A stretch of 62,889 nucleotides of DNA, counting the filler, from Sphacelaria rigidula (taxonomy: Eukaryota): assembly GCA_964200075.2 (NCBI GenBank). It is 3 parts of 3 records of this genome, joined end to end, with 100 filler letters (N's around TTAATTAATTAA, not from the genome) between each part and the next. Parts side by side here need not be neighbours in the genome. Positions count along the whole stretch, not along the records: positions 21,009 to 41,901 come from CAXNAA020000482.1; positions 42,002 to 62,889 come from CAXNAA020000483.1; 1 more part is not named here. One strand, given 5' to 3'. The translations under genes and the position numbers were made by a program. The notes beneath the pieces were generated by a model. It was not told where the DNA came from. It ran no database searches and saw nothing but the letters and a program-made list of their open reading frames with translations. Each line of letters starts with the position of its first letter. Position 1 is the stretch's first letter. Of the stretch, positions 34,601-61,709 are shown in pieces.

Positions 34601-37600
34601 TTTCCTATTTTTTCGCACATTTTTCCCGCCCAAGATTCGTACGGCAAGCACCGAACGTGTATTTTTTCCCCCTACAGTTCATACGGCATGAGTCATAAGT
34701 ACATTTTCCCACCTGGTCGGTATGGATCAAGTGTAGGTCTTTCCCACCTGTCTTTGATTCGGCATGAATCAACTGTGTATACAGTATTTCACACCCGTGA
34801 TTCGTGCGAGGTGAAACAAAGCGCACACGTCTCCCACCAGTGATTCATGTGGCATTACAAAGACGTACATATTTTGCGCCCGTTGAGGACCAATTAGCAA
34901 CCCCACACCAAAGCCCAAGCGGACGTACAGGAATGTGCGGTTGTTCGGAATCTCTTTATCGCGCGGATTGCGAGCCAATCACACCGACAGACGTCATACC
35001 GACGGAGCTGGAGCGATCAACAAAAAGCGTCATCACATGAAAGGGTGCGCCGAGAACAGCGTCGAAAACGTTGATGCAAGTGCGTCTGGCCGTAATCAAC
35101 ACTAGTGTACGGTTATTTGGACTAGGGTTGCTATTCAAGTGCACCGTTTAGGTAAACTAATTTACTTTAGTACGGCAGACAACTGCAAAATTCCTGGACT
35201 CTACTGGGACCTCGTCGGAGCATCTCGATGAGGGTCAGTCAAAGCGCGGAGAGCCAGACACACCAGCCCGAGGAAGGGCTACGCAAACATGCGAAAACCG
35301 ACTGACAGCAGTATTTACGTCTAAATAGTACACCCCCCCCCCCCAAACTAGTGCTCCATTTCGAAAGGGATGCGTGATCAATGATCAAATGACAAAGGCA
35401 AGCAACAAATGATTACGCCCCCACCCCCTCCCCTGAAAAAAACAACCCCAAATTATCACGAAGAAAATGGTCACACATCGCTCAATGTTTGGACTCAGGC
35501 TGGATGAAGCGTCTCATATGGGCGACATTGGCGAGAACGAAAGCAAGCGTGGGAATTCCCAGCTGTTCGTTGTGCTCGGCTTTTTTCATTTCGATTTACG
35601 TCAAGATTTTGCCTCCCCAAACCAGGCACGTTTCGGGGAGGGGGGTTATCGTAGAAAGTGTCAGGTGAAGATATACGCTCGAACTAATTTCGCGTAAATC
35701 ACGGGCCTAATTGTAACTCTTGTACGGATCGCGTAGTTGATTCGTGAAAGAGTGTGAAATATGATTAATTTTGTTTTTCGTCTTATGCTTGGAAACTTTG
35801 TCGAGAAAATGCATTATTGAATATCGTACCGGGGTACGTGGTGGGGAAACGACATTGTCTACGACAGCCCCCCGCAAAAAATGGCTGTCTTGGGGGGGAG
35901 GCAAAATTTACACGTAAATCGGAATGGCAAAAAGCCGAGCACAACGAGCAGCTGGGAATTCCCACGCTTGGTTTTGTTTTTGGGTTCGTTTTCGCCAATG
36001 TGGCTCATATGAGGCGCTTCATTCAGCCTGAACCCAAACATCAGGCGCTGTATGACAATTGCTTTCGGGACAATTTGGGGCTGGTTTGCGGGGGGTGAGC
36101 TGTCGTAGAAAGTGTCAAAGATGGCGCAGAAGATGTCAATTTAAATGAAATCAGAGGAAACAGTAGCGCAGTGATGTGGAAAATGAGCGCTTACGGCAGC
36201 TGTGTCATCGCCCTCTTCGTGTATTCGGCGTCGATGGACGCGTCATCGTGCAAAAGGTACGCACACTCGCACAAGGAGCGATACGATTTTTTCGGCACGG
36301 ACCCCGCACGAGTCGTTCCGCTCAATTCCGACAGTGCGCCCAATGTGAGTCACGACAACGCACCCTGATATCCTGGATTGTTTCATTGAGGGACGTGTTG
36401 TACTTGATTGGTACGCTTGGTAGTATTGACCGACTGAACTATGCTTTTAAAGCATGGCGTATATCGTAGAATAGATGCAATCTGATTAAGTATCCTCGAG
36501 GGCGTAGGGGTGTCGCGCGTGTTCGTTGAGTGTTTGGCTCACTCTAAAATCAATAATAGATCGCTCTGCTTCGCATCACACTTTCAATGTTCCTATCCTT
36601 TCTCACATTGAAATGGAATGGAAAAGGGACAGAAGAGACAGACGCCCTCAATGAAGAAAAGCAAGAACTGCATACAAGCAGAAGAAAGGACGGAAAGAAA
36701 GTAAGGGCCATAGATTGACGATGGCAATTCTTTCGCGCATCGCACCACGCAAATTCCAGACATTTTCGTTCTAGTCCGAGTGACGTCCTCCCACGTGCGC
36801 AAGGGTGCGCAGGAAGGCGGAGCTGAGACCGGAGTCGTCGCTCGGCAAGTTCCCGCTAGGTTCTTTCGATCTATCGCTGGCCACTACTTGTAGATCCGTC
36901 TTGACGTATACGTGCAACACGTGCCTCCCGGAATGCCAGTGGGCATCGAACGAGGCAAACGCGCTAGTGCCACCCCCAGTAGTGCAATCGTACTTGAGCC
37001 ATTTCTACTGCAAACGGAACTGCGTGACGTGGTGGGCGCCCACCCAGATGAGTTACACAACCGAGATCAAGGAGTACTCTACGCCTAAAGAGAGAGTCTC
37101 GGACGCGTCGGGGGGAACGCCAACGACTGCGTCGACGGCATGTGCATGTAGTACTGCGCGTGTACATGTCGTGGTCTGTTCGCAATATGATGCTTCGTCA
37201 CTATTGGGGGTGGTGGGTGAATTCAAAAATGTGTTCGTTTTTAGACTGGCGGGTCTGCTCAAACGTAGTATGGAACTGGTTCTATGGTACAGGCAGGTAT
37301 TCGCCGGCCGGAAATGAACTATATTTCAAGTACATTTATACACGCGAAAAGTATATCCACCTATATAGCTGGATCCTTATTTCCACTGTGACCTTTTATC
37401 ATGACTGATCCCGCGTTGTTTTTTTCTAATTCGGGAGCCCACATTTTTCTAATCAGCTGCCCATTACGGATATTTTCAAACAAAATGGGTTCGGGTTACA
37501 AGCAAAACCAGAGCCAAGTTTTTGAATTTGAGAGCGCCACCTCTACAAACCCGCTCAGCGGGCGGGTGAACAGCACGCACATAGTTCACATGAACACAGC

Positions 37601-40600
37601 TACACGTAGAGAAGGTCAGAAGATTTCGAGCTTACAAACTGAGCCACCGGGGCGACCGGCATACAGCAGAGTCAAACACAAAGAGGACCGACGGAGTATC
37701 GAAGTCCAGCCAGCACGAGTCAATGTTGAGCACGACGGAAAACACCCACTTTGATCCTTCATCATCCGGTGGTGCCGTGGATGAGATTTTTTTTCTCGAG
37801 ATGATGGGCACAAAACATACTGTACGATATAGACTATACGGTAAAACGGTAGTCTGGGCAGCAAGATTTCAGTTTCCATGGTCCCGTCCATAAGCTTTGT
37901 TGGCGCATCCTCCCCATGATTGAAGCATAAGCTTCCTTCACCAACATCCAATCCACCATGCGAGCGTGTAGTCCCGTGGATCGTCGTTCCACTTCAGCGT
38001 TCCAGGCGACTCGTGCGGCACCCTTCTGCTTCTGTCTACGAGTCACCAGCTCCTCCATATCCTTTGGATTCTGCGTTTGCTGCTCTACCAGGTTGTCAAG
38101 TGGCATCGTCTCATCTTCAGGTTAGATCGCATCCGGCTGTGTGAGGGATTCGCGCCCAAAGACCATCTCAAACGGCGTAGGGATAGTTGGCATCGAGGTA
38201 TCAGGCACCGCGCAGTGTATCCAGAGCGCGGGATCCACGTGCTCAAAAACATTCCTTGACTGTGATTATGATCCTCGGGTCTGTGGTTCCATGACATCTT
38301 CATCCATCAGCACTCGAAACAACCTCCACTTCTCCACTCGCATCAATGCGCAGGGAGTGACGTACCCCGAACGTGAGGATTATTTTTCGCAGGAACCTCG
38401 CGACTGGTCCGACTCTCGTGCTGGGTTGCGGGAAAGCAAAGGGGAACTTTGTGGCCTTGTCATCACCACTAGAGATCGATTCCCGCGAACGGACATTTGT
38501 TTCATAGGCCTACCAGTAGGTTCCGAGCGGACAACTGGATTGGAAGAGCGGGTGACAATCGCGCTGTCACCCGTATCTCGGCCGGTGGAACATTCAGGCC
38601 AGAGACCGGCAATGACATTCAGTCCCCCCTCCCCACTCCGAGCTATCAGATCCACCATCATTCCCCCAGCTGGACTTGTCAACACTGCTCGCAGCATCTG
38701 AGGGTGGACAAAACTCGCCACGATTCCCGCCATGGTGTCTTCAGTCACAGTAGAAGGCATCAAGTGTGCCGACTGCTCGAGGCGCCTGACCTCCATTTCC
38801 TTCGGCAGTGCCCTATCTAGCTTCGGTCCTCGAGTTGTCACGATATGGAGTTTCCGTTGAGGTATCGTCGGAGAAGGGCGTGTCTATGACTGATGTCGGT
38901 CCTGTCTCTCAGGAAATGATGAGAGAGCATCCGGAACTTGATGTTACCTGCCAGCTCCCCCCCAGAACTCCCTGTCGTGTTCTATTAACGGGAAGGCCTA
39001 TCGATGAAGTTCAGGGAGTATGTGTCTTGGCTTCTGGACAGCCATGTCAGGGTGCTGCAATCTGCCACCAAGGTGATTTTCCTACCCCCCACACAGGGTC
39101 TGAAATTTTTCACAGCCCATAACACTGCATCTCGCGCTCCGTCGCCGACTTACACTCATCGGCTCTGAACCATCGATGACTTGCTTCAGCGATGATCCAT
39201 TCTCTCCAATCCGCTTCTGAGTGACGGTTGCCCCAGCAGTGTACTCTGAAGCATCGGAGTGTGGGATAACTCCATCATTTCCGATTCGGTACGCCATGAT
39301 AGGATAGGGTATGAGAGCTCCATTCAACCCCGGAGTACCCACTGCTGCTGTTGTCCCTATGAGATTGTCATCTTACGTACTCACTTAGATTTAAACTGCT
39401 GGTAGCGTAGCAAATATATAAGTGGCGCCGCTAACGAATAATACCCTTCTACATGTGGTCGTAGTTATCTCCGGACATACCCAAGAACACTCGTGTATCT
39501 CGAATAGTTCGTGGCTTGACTACGTAGCTGAGCTACGGCTTCCATTTGGGATAGTGTCGGGGAACTGTTTTATTTCTCAGTCCGACGTTGCTCCGCGTGT
39601 ATCGAGTGAGCCAGACAGTTTTGGATGACAGTGGCAGCGCTTCTTTCCTGACACCTTGACTGCTTATTGGGAATGTTCCCAAATCACAAACGGATTTCCG
39701 AAACTGTCTCATTCACTATAGGTACAGTGAGAGACGACAATGATCCGGAAACAGAAACAGAGTTTGCGAACCTGTCTGCATATGACAAACGCTGATGAAT
39801 GGTCCAATCGATTATACGTCGGCACGATGCAAAGACTGAGCGATCACGCTACATTGAGTACCAACTTCCTGTCAAAAATCCATACCAAAAGTGGATTCGA
39901 GTACGCGATGTGCAACGCACCCGCCATCACTACGCACGACATACTAGTTCACCCTCCGCTTGAAAGAGATTCTTGTGTAGTAGTGTAGGGCACCTGTACT
40001 AGTGCATAGCTTCGGGCCATCGCTTGTTTTTGAGCGAAAAGTGGACAAGGAGGCAGCGGTGTGGGAAATGGTGTCCCCGAGGTCGAGCAACCCACGCCAA
40101 AATCAAGTGACCTCCGATCGAAGCCTTAAATACGGTGGACAGAATATCCTCATGGAATAACGTGGTCGTTGTGAACCCTACAATACACGCAAGTACTCGA
40201 TCATCGCACAGTATCATCAACCAAGTATTAATACCTCGACGTGGTCTCAGGCTCCCCATATATTGTACTGAACATCCACCATGGTGGTTGCTTCCGCGGC
40301 CCGGCATTGGCTCACGCCGGTGCCCCCGCCGGTGCTGCCGCCGCCGCTAAACACCCTCCGAAAACTTGGGCGACTATCCGACAGGTGAAGAAATAGTGTT
40401 TCCAAATAATTATTTTTGCACTTCCCGGTCCGATTTTCGACCATCTACATCCCCCAAAACAAATCCGTCCCCCATTTGTAAAATCCCGTGTTTTTACCTG
40501 CCGAAGGCTCTGTCAGCACAATGCCTGCACCCGCAACACCTCTGTATCCCACGGAAACTGCGTTGTAGACTATACTGTGTTGTAACGGCTAAGACACGGG

Positions 40601-41029
40601 TTATAGGTGCGTGGCAACGACCTGGCGGGCTCAGACTCTCCTCCGTTTTCATGTAGGCAATGCATCTTCCATCAGTCCCACCATCCCGAAGCCCCAAAAT
40701 TACCAGGCCACCTGCACGACTGGGCGGTATAAAAGTTGAGTAATCAGGTGTTTGGCCATCAACTTACTCAAAATGTAAAAAACCCACGAGTTCCGCGTTC
40801 CGTTACTGTTGGCCGAATTCAAAAGGCCCGCATCTTGACTATTACACGAATGGCGGCTTTGTCCCACTCGTACGCCCTGGTATCCATTTTCCACCTGCAA
40901 GGTCAACCAATTCAAGGCCATGATCATCGGTGGTGGAGGTATTTTTGTGGCCCATCACATCCCTCTGCATGATCAGGGATTCATGGAGGCTGTCAACATC
41001 CCTGTCGCCATCATGGGGGTCGGCGCGAG
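28622..41029 (+). CDS. Polysaccharide pyruvyltransferase-like (PS_pyruv_trans/CsaB/WcaK-type) protein, 4 internal exons, both ends missing
   Basis: GT-AG exons 28622 (or 28775)-28870, 32492-32567, 36257-36344 and 40902-41029 join in phase to ...LDECILFFGAFRNGNLGDVIQPSSLEKLFAYIAPDQCFWYAHSHKERYDFFGTDPARVVPLNSDSAPNVNQFKAMIIGGGGIFVAHHIPLHDQGFMEAVNIPVAIMGVGA. The GxxxxGNxGD, IIGGGG and PxxxxGVG motifs occur in family order. Confidence 0.75.
29060..30191 (+). repeat. Three direct copies of an approximately 40-nt repeat
   Basis: TATCACGCTGCGATG(G)AAxxGCAxTCGTC...CAACACGC-like copies at about 29060, 29925 and 30152. Confidence 0.75.
35418..35662. mobile_element. MITE family A copy (left end lost or fused to another repeat)
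   Basis: Interior matches 3810-4034. Right TIR is GGGGGTTATCGTAGAAAGTGTC. Confidence 0.75.
35851..36116. mobile_element. MITE family A copy, inverted
   Basis: TIRs GACATTGTCTACGACAGCCCCC and GAGCTGTCGTAGAAAGTGTC. Interior is the reverse complement of 3810-4010. Flanks are AAAC and AAAG. Confidence 0.8.
37830..39330 (-). mobile_element. Decayed Ty3/gypsy RNase H-integrase remnant (intronic, antisense to host gene)
   Basis: - strand fragments: PHSDASEYTAGATVTQ and TLVADCSTLTWL (RNase H); DKATKFPFAFP...LTFGVRHSLRIDASGE (integrase core); TPFEMVFGRE...LDNLVEQ...WTGPWKL (integrase C-terminal/GPY-F-like). Confidence 0.85.
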
Positions 41030-41901
41030 GTATGTACACTGGTAAACCACATTCCCCTGTGTCATCCGTCAGGAAAACAAAATATAGCTGGCGCATATCA
41101 GCATCATGTAGTCCTGTACTGTATGGATAATTGCACTCTGTATGCGTGCCGGCTATGATTAACTGAACACGCGACCCGTTCACGTCTCGCACCTACGGTT
41201 ATATGCACACTCGATAATACTATTTACGAGGTTGTGTCGTGCTCCTTTCTCGAGATAGTGTTGCCAAGCTCTCGTGTCAGATATCGCGGCAGGCAGCAAG
41301 TGACCAGTACGATTTCGATATCCTCGATACCCTTGCGCTCTACTGAGCATGTGGGGTCTCAAACTCGACCGAGTGGAGAGCGATTTCGCCGAACCTGAGC
41401 AAGTTTGGTCGGTTCTAAACGATAGAGCATGTTCCAAACGATGAGGTTCATTTCGAGAACTTTCCGCGAACGATTGTTTCATTTGTCGGTTGTGAACCAC
41501 ATGCTATACATCACACATTCCATCACAGCGCGCCGCAGAAACACCCCAAGCAAAAAAATCCTCTCTATCACCCCCGAACAGAGCAAGGTTACATCTGCAG
41601 TGCAGTGCAATCGTGGTGCGTGCAGCATCGGAGCTGTACGTGCGCCAAATTACTAGAATCAAGCGCCGGTGCTGACACTCGGGGTGCAAATTTCCCAACC
41701 AGAACCGGCAACTTGCACGGCCTCAGCGGGAAGATCGTGTAGGATTCCGAAAGAAAGGACAATAAAAAGACAGGAAAACGCGCACGGAAACACGTCCGAA
41801 ATGGATCTGGGGCGGATGGGGGGAGGGGGGGGGGGGGGGGGGGGGATCCAGTTTATGGGTCCCTTATATTTTTAAAAAATAGAACCCCCGCCTCCTCGGA
41901 G

Positions 41902-42001
41902 NNNNNNNNNNNNNNNNNNNNNNNNNNNNNNNNNNNNNNNNNNNNTTAATTAATTAANNNNNNNNNNNNNNNNNNNNNNNNNNNNNNNNNNNNNNNNNNN
42001 N
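41902..42001. other. Assembly gap linker (44 N + TTAATTAATTAA + 44 N)
   Basis: Same 100-nt linker, with long G and C homopolymers close on either side. Confidence 0.98.
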
Positions 42002-43033
42002 TTTCCTTCCCCCCCCCCCCCCCCCCCCCCCTCCCGCGCGCGCGCGCGAAAAAATCCAGTATTTTAAAAAGGGGCAGAGGGTCTGGGATTTTGGGGGGGT
42101 GGGGCACCCTCGCTGTGCCGCAAGTTAAGTCTTTCACAAGGTGCAAATCGCATCTCCATAACGGAGGTGCTCACGACGCCATAGCTAGATTCGTCGAGAA
42201 GATAGAATTATGGAGATGTCCATTGGGGGAAAAAAAATCCATGTCACACTGGGAAAGTTCGCGTCGAAATTAGGGAAACTTGCGATAATATTTTGGGAAT
42301 AGAGAGGGCAGGAACGTTGGAAAGAGCGGTAAAACCTGTCAGGTACAATCAGGAGGGCTTCGAAAAGACCTGGGGCTACCTAGCACCGATTCATATCTAG
42401 TCATCCTCCACACCAGATGGGGAATGTGAGTTGGTTCAAGATATACGAGATGTCCTCAAGGGTGGACACGCTGCGGGACTGCTGATCCCATGTTCGAAAC
42501 AAAAAGTTCAAGTTGAGCGAGCTAGCGAGCCCCGGGGGAAGGAGACGGGAGACGGGATGATCTATTCAAAATACGACTCTGAGAAGAGGGAGCCAAGAGT
42601 CCCACAAGAAGAACTAAGAGAAACATTATTATGACATGGTCCCCGCCCCCGGTGGCCTAAATTAAAATACTACACCGACGGCCAATTGGGGGGAATGTTG
42701 CGGGTTCGAAGCCTGACAGATACGATGGCCTTTTGGGGAAGCGACCAAATTCCGCAGTTGATAGCGACAAGATTGTGAAAAGCCGAAGAAAATTCCACGA
42801 GAGCTGACCGGGTGTTGCCGTGCTGAGCGGATTTCTCGACTACAAAAATATCGGGTAGGTGTGTACGGGGAGAAACAGAAAAAGATTCATGGCTTGAGAC
42901 ACAGGACTTGTGCCGAGGAAGAGGAGGAGTGATATTCAAAGTATGACAAAAAGTGCACAAAAATACATCAACACCTCAATACAATGAGATACATGGTCCG
43001 CAATGTGCCGTATGTTGCCCATATGAAGCTTAC

Positions 43034-58178
<15,145 letters not shown>

Positions 58179-58579
58179 GTTGCTCCCTCAGCCGCTAAAA
58201 CACCGTCGATCAGTAACAACCGTTGATGTTCTGCGTTGTGGCGTGCAACAGGTACGTATCCTGTGACTGGCGCTGAAGGCACCAACGCAGCTCGTCAAAA
58301 ATGCTCCTCTCTGGTGTTGTGTGGCCTCAGAAATCGTGCTCAGGTAGAGTGTGGTACGTGAGCAAGAGGTGTACGCAGTGCAGCTCAACCACATGGACAT
58401 TTCTTCAGGCAGGCAGACCCTGCCAAAATCGCATTGAGAACAGGTCATGCTTCACGCAGATCTTTCCTCCAGCGTGGGACAGGGGAGGCATGTGGGAGCC
58501 TGGAGCCTATACCCACAGACCTCGTGGGAGGTGAGACACGACGCGTGTAAAAATGCAGAAGCCGCCCTAGAAGAATTTA

Positions 58580-60430
58580 TCAATCTAGAAGCTCCGAGCC
58601 TGTCTTCGGGCTCGGCGAAATATTGAAGCAGCAACTGAAGAGAACCGCAGTCATATGTACCTGGACAACCACGTTCGACACGCGGAAAGCCTCCGAGCCA
58701 AAAACGACAGGAAAGGACGACCGGCGCATCTCACGTATCGGGGGGATGAACTTTCAAGGATGAGCTTTCAGGAATGAACCTTGAGGGATCACAGGAACTC
58801 TAATTCCAACACATCAAGGACAAAGGCGGGAAATAGCTGAGAGACCCGGCGGACGTCCTCGAGAGTTGGGGCAGATGCTTCCACGAGCTACTGAACGAGA
58901 AGGCAAACACAACCCACCTCACCATCGTGATGCGGATACCACAGACTTGACCCCAGTGGAGATTAGATTTTGCTCCCTGAGGCGTCCACCATTAAAGAAG
59001 TCCCAAGACGCTTTGTGCATGTTCGCGAATAGGAAGGCAAGGGCACCCCATGATCTACCGGCGGAAAAAATGAAACTACAAGTAGGTATACACGGAGAGA
59101 TTATAAATACCGCAGAAGTTCCACGAAATCATTTTCAAGGTGCGGAAAGAAGAGGGCGTCCATTGGGGGGTCCCCCAGTTATGTATTATGTATCGACGGA
59201 CGTTGTCGAGATCATACACAGGGAAGGCGAACGAACTGCGACTGTGGCAACCACTGTACAGAGATCGTTACTACAGCAAAAAAGTGTAGCACACAACACA
59301 CGCGCTGGCAAAGTCTTATGACTCAAGATTGTTGCGAACCGACTCAGCGCGCAACTGGAGTGTAACAAACTGCTTCGAGGAGAACCACATGGGTTCCGCC
59401 TCCAACAATCGACACGCGACATGATATGAAGAAAACTTTTGGACCAGTGCAAACGATAGCCTTGCACCAAAGGAATGGCTGGTTTGGGGAGGTAAAATTA
59501 ACATCGAACTAAAGGCAGCCAAGCACAGGGAGCAGCTTGGAATCCCCACGCTCGGGTTCGTTTTCCCCATTGTCGCCCATAGGAGGCGCTTCATGCAGCT
59601 TGAAACCAAAAATCAGGCGTTGTACGACCATTTTCTTCGTGACGGTCTTGGGCTGATTTTGGGGGGTGGCTATCGTGAAGTGCACCGCTACCCTGACAGT
59701 ACGTAAACTAGAGCAGGTTGGTTAAATCCGGCAAACTCCGCCGTACTTGTGGTTCAATGACCCGGGAAACGCGCGCATATGACTCGGTCAACCGCACTCT
59801 CCTCTAGAAGATCGTGTTTAAGCGGTTCGGGGTGCCTGCCAGGATGATCCAAGCCATTGGCTAATCCCTGATCCCACAACAACGGGATGCGGGGCGGTGT
59901 ACTTATGGACGGTATGGAGTCATCGGACTCGTTCAGAATCGGACAGGGGGTCCGATAAGGATGCGAGCTGCCCCCGTTGCTATTCAACGTCTTTTTCACC
60001 GCCGTCCTGAACGCTGCTAAGGAAACGATCCTGCAAGACGACAAAAAAATTACAACGTCGGAAGCCAAAGTGCTCAAAGCCCTCCTCAAAAGCTCATCAA
60101 CGTGGACGCTGAAATAAACCGACTACAGTATTCTGTGCACCATCCACTGCCGACTTCTATCGCGGCGCATCCGACACTTTCGCGAACCCATGGAGGACGT
60201 TCTCCCCTTGGTCAAAGCTTTCGAGAGAACGGGATTCAAGGGCATCGAAACAATAACCTGGACACGGAGACTCATGTTCGCTGGGCAAATCGTAAGCCTG
60301 TTGTACCAAACGCTTGTCCAAGAAGATGTGGCCGGACTATTGGACGGGAGGGGGGGGGCACAAACGGGCAAGCGAAAAGATGTCCGGGCATGCCTGACCC
60401 ATACTTGTAGGAAAACCGGGATAAAACCTG
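58580..60430 (+). mobile_element. Decayed RTE-type LINE reverse transcriptase remnant, interrupted by a MITE
   Basis: Frameshifted pieces: LRDPADVLESWGRCFHELLNEK; ANRKARAPHDLPAE; AGKVL*LKIVANRLSA...HGFR; AYDSVNR; GQGVR*GCELPPLLFNVFF; RRLMFAGQI. The YADD region is not seen. Confidence 0.85.
59460..59683. mobile_element. MITE family A copy, inverted, nested in the LINE
   Basis: GCAGCTTGGAATCCCCACGCTCGGGTTCG...GAGGCGCTTCATGCAGC...GGGGGGTGGCTATCGTGAAGTG matches family A. Confidence 0.7.
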
Positions 60431-61279
60431 ACACCTAGGAAGCCAAAATCAAAACAGCACTCAACGGTACAATTAGATGGACGACGAAGCGACGAAATTG
60501 ATGACAGCATGGGCGACTGGGGGAAAACCGGTAGAGCGAAAGACACAAGAGAGGCAGGGAGGAAGGCAAACGAAGAAACAAAATAAACGAATGGACGTAC
60601 ACCCTCGCCGCCAACTGCACGGTACTGCGTGGTACTACACAGTACACGGTACTGCACGCACTGGTCTTTTCGTTTGTTCGTTGGTTGCTCGCTTTCTTGC
60701 TTGATCGCATCCTCCCTTGTCTTCGTATTCATCGTCCTCGTTTTCCTCCTTGCATTCGCTGGGCTTGTATACTTGTTCTTCTTCCGTTTTATACCATGAG
60801 GCTGTGAGGCAATACCGCATATATTAGACTGCGGCATCTCTGGGACCCGTCATATCAGTAGCCTTGCACAGTCCCGTAGGCACTAATAGCCCCTGCTCCG
60901 AAGTGACAATGCCTTGTTGGGATTCACGAGTGATGAAGTAGGATGCAGTCTTTGGTGGGTCCCTTCTCTTCTGTCCCTTCCTTTATTTTTGCTTCCTCTC
61001 CCTCTCCTCCTCTGTCGCTGTCCCTCCTCTTGTTTTCACCGTTCCCTTCTCGATCTCATTCGTTTCGTTTTGTTTCGTTTTGTTTCGTTTCCGACTTTTG
61101 TGTCATTTGGTATCAAGTTGGTATTGGTATTCACCTTGAGCATTTTTATGCTATGACAACGTCTGGGTTGTGGCGGACCCATCAATGTGCGACGATCAGT
61201 CAACCACTGCATGAATCAAACTTACAGCGCATCATTCGGTGAAAGCTCGAACGTGATGAGGGCTCAAGTAAAGGCAGTA

Positions 61280-61660
61280 GGTGAAGATAGGCACCTGAAG
61301 GGTGTGCCCTATGATCACCGATAGAGCAAAGGGGGTCGGCCAGGCAAACACATTGGTGATCCGTGTCGAGAAGCTGAGGCATGACATCGTTGGACTCCAC
61401 GATACCGAGTGCCCTAGATGCACAATGATACCCATAGCTGGAAGCAAGGCGTAATTCAACGAGGGAAAATTGGACGTCGACCGGCACGGAGTTGATCCCA
61501 CCACGAGAGGGTGTGTGTTATGAAGGGGCAAGGTGTTGGCTAATCAGTTTAGACTGTCTGCTAACGTATCATGAGCGAAATAGTGCAGAGGGTAGTCACG
61601 GACACGTGACTGATTCTTGATTGTCTCGTACGCTTCAACTGATGCTGATGGCGATACCGT
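61280..61660 (+). mobile_element. Decayed LINE apurinic endonuclease (APE) domain fragment
   Basis: VKIGT*RV...LRHDIVGLHDT...RHGV...LIVSYAST resembles the APE motifs GTWNV, DIVGLQET, HGVG and YAPT. Confidence 0.65.
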
Positions 61661-61709
61661 GGGCGCTAAATCCGCGAGTGATGTGCACCCCCCCGGTGCA
61701 TGCATGGCT

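Noticed and set aside
36171-36256. Signal-peptide-like start MMWKMSAYGSCVIALFVYSA
   Set aside because: Better explained as intron sequence upstream of the acceptor at 36256, whose phase matches the previous exon.
39280-39330. MAYRI as the next AlaRS exon (expected AYRVxADH)
   Set aside because: It continues as gypsy RNase H (SDASEY..GATVTQ), not AlaRS.
42431-42634. Possible integrase zinc-finger-proximal fragment (DGMIYSK...RVPQEELRETLL)
   Set aside because: Too short and weak to call.
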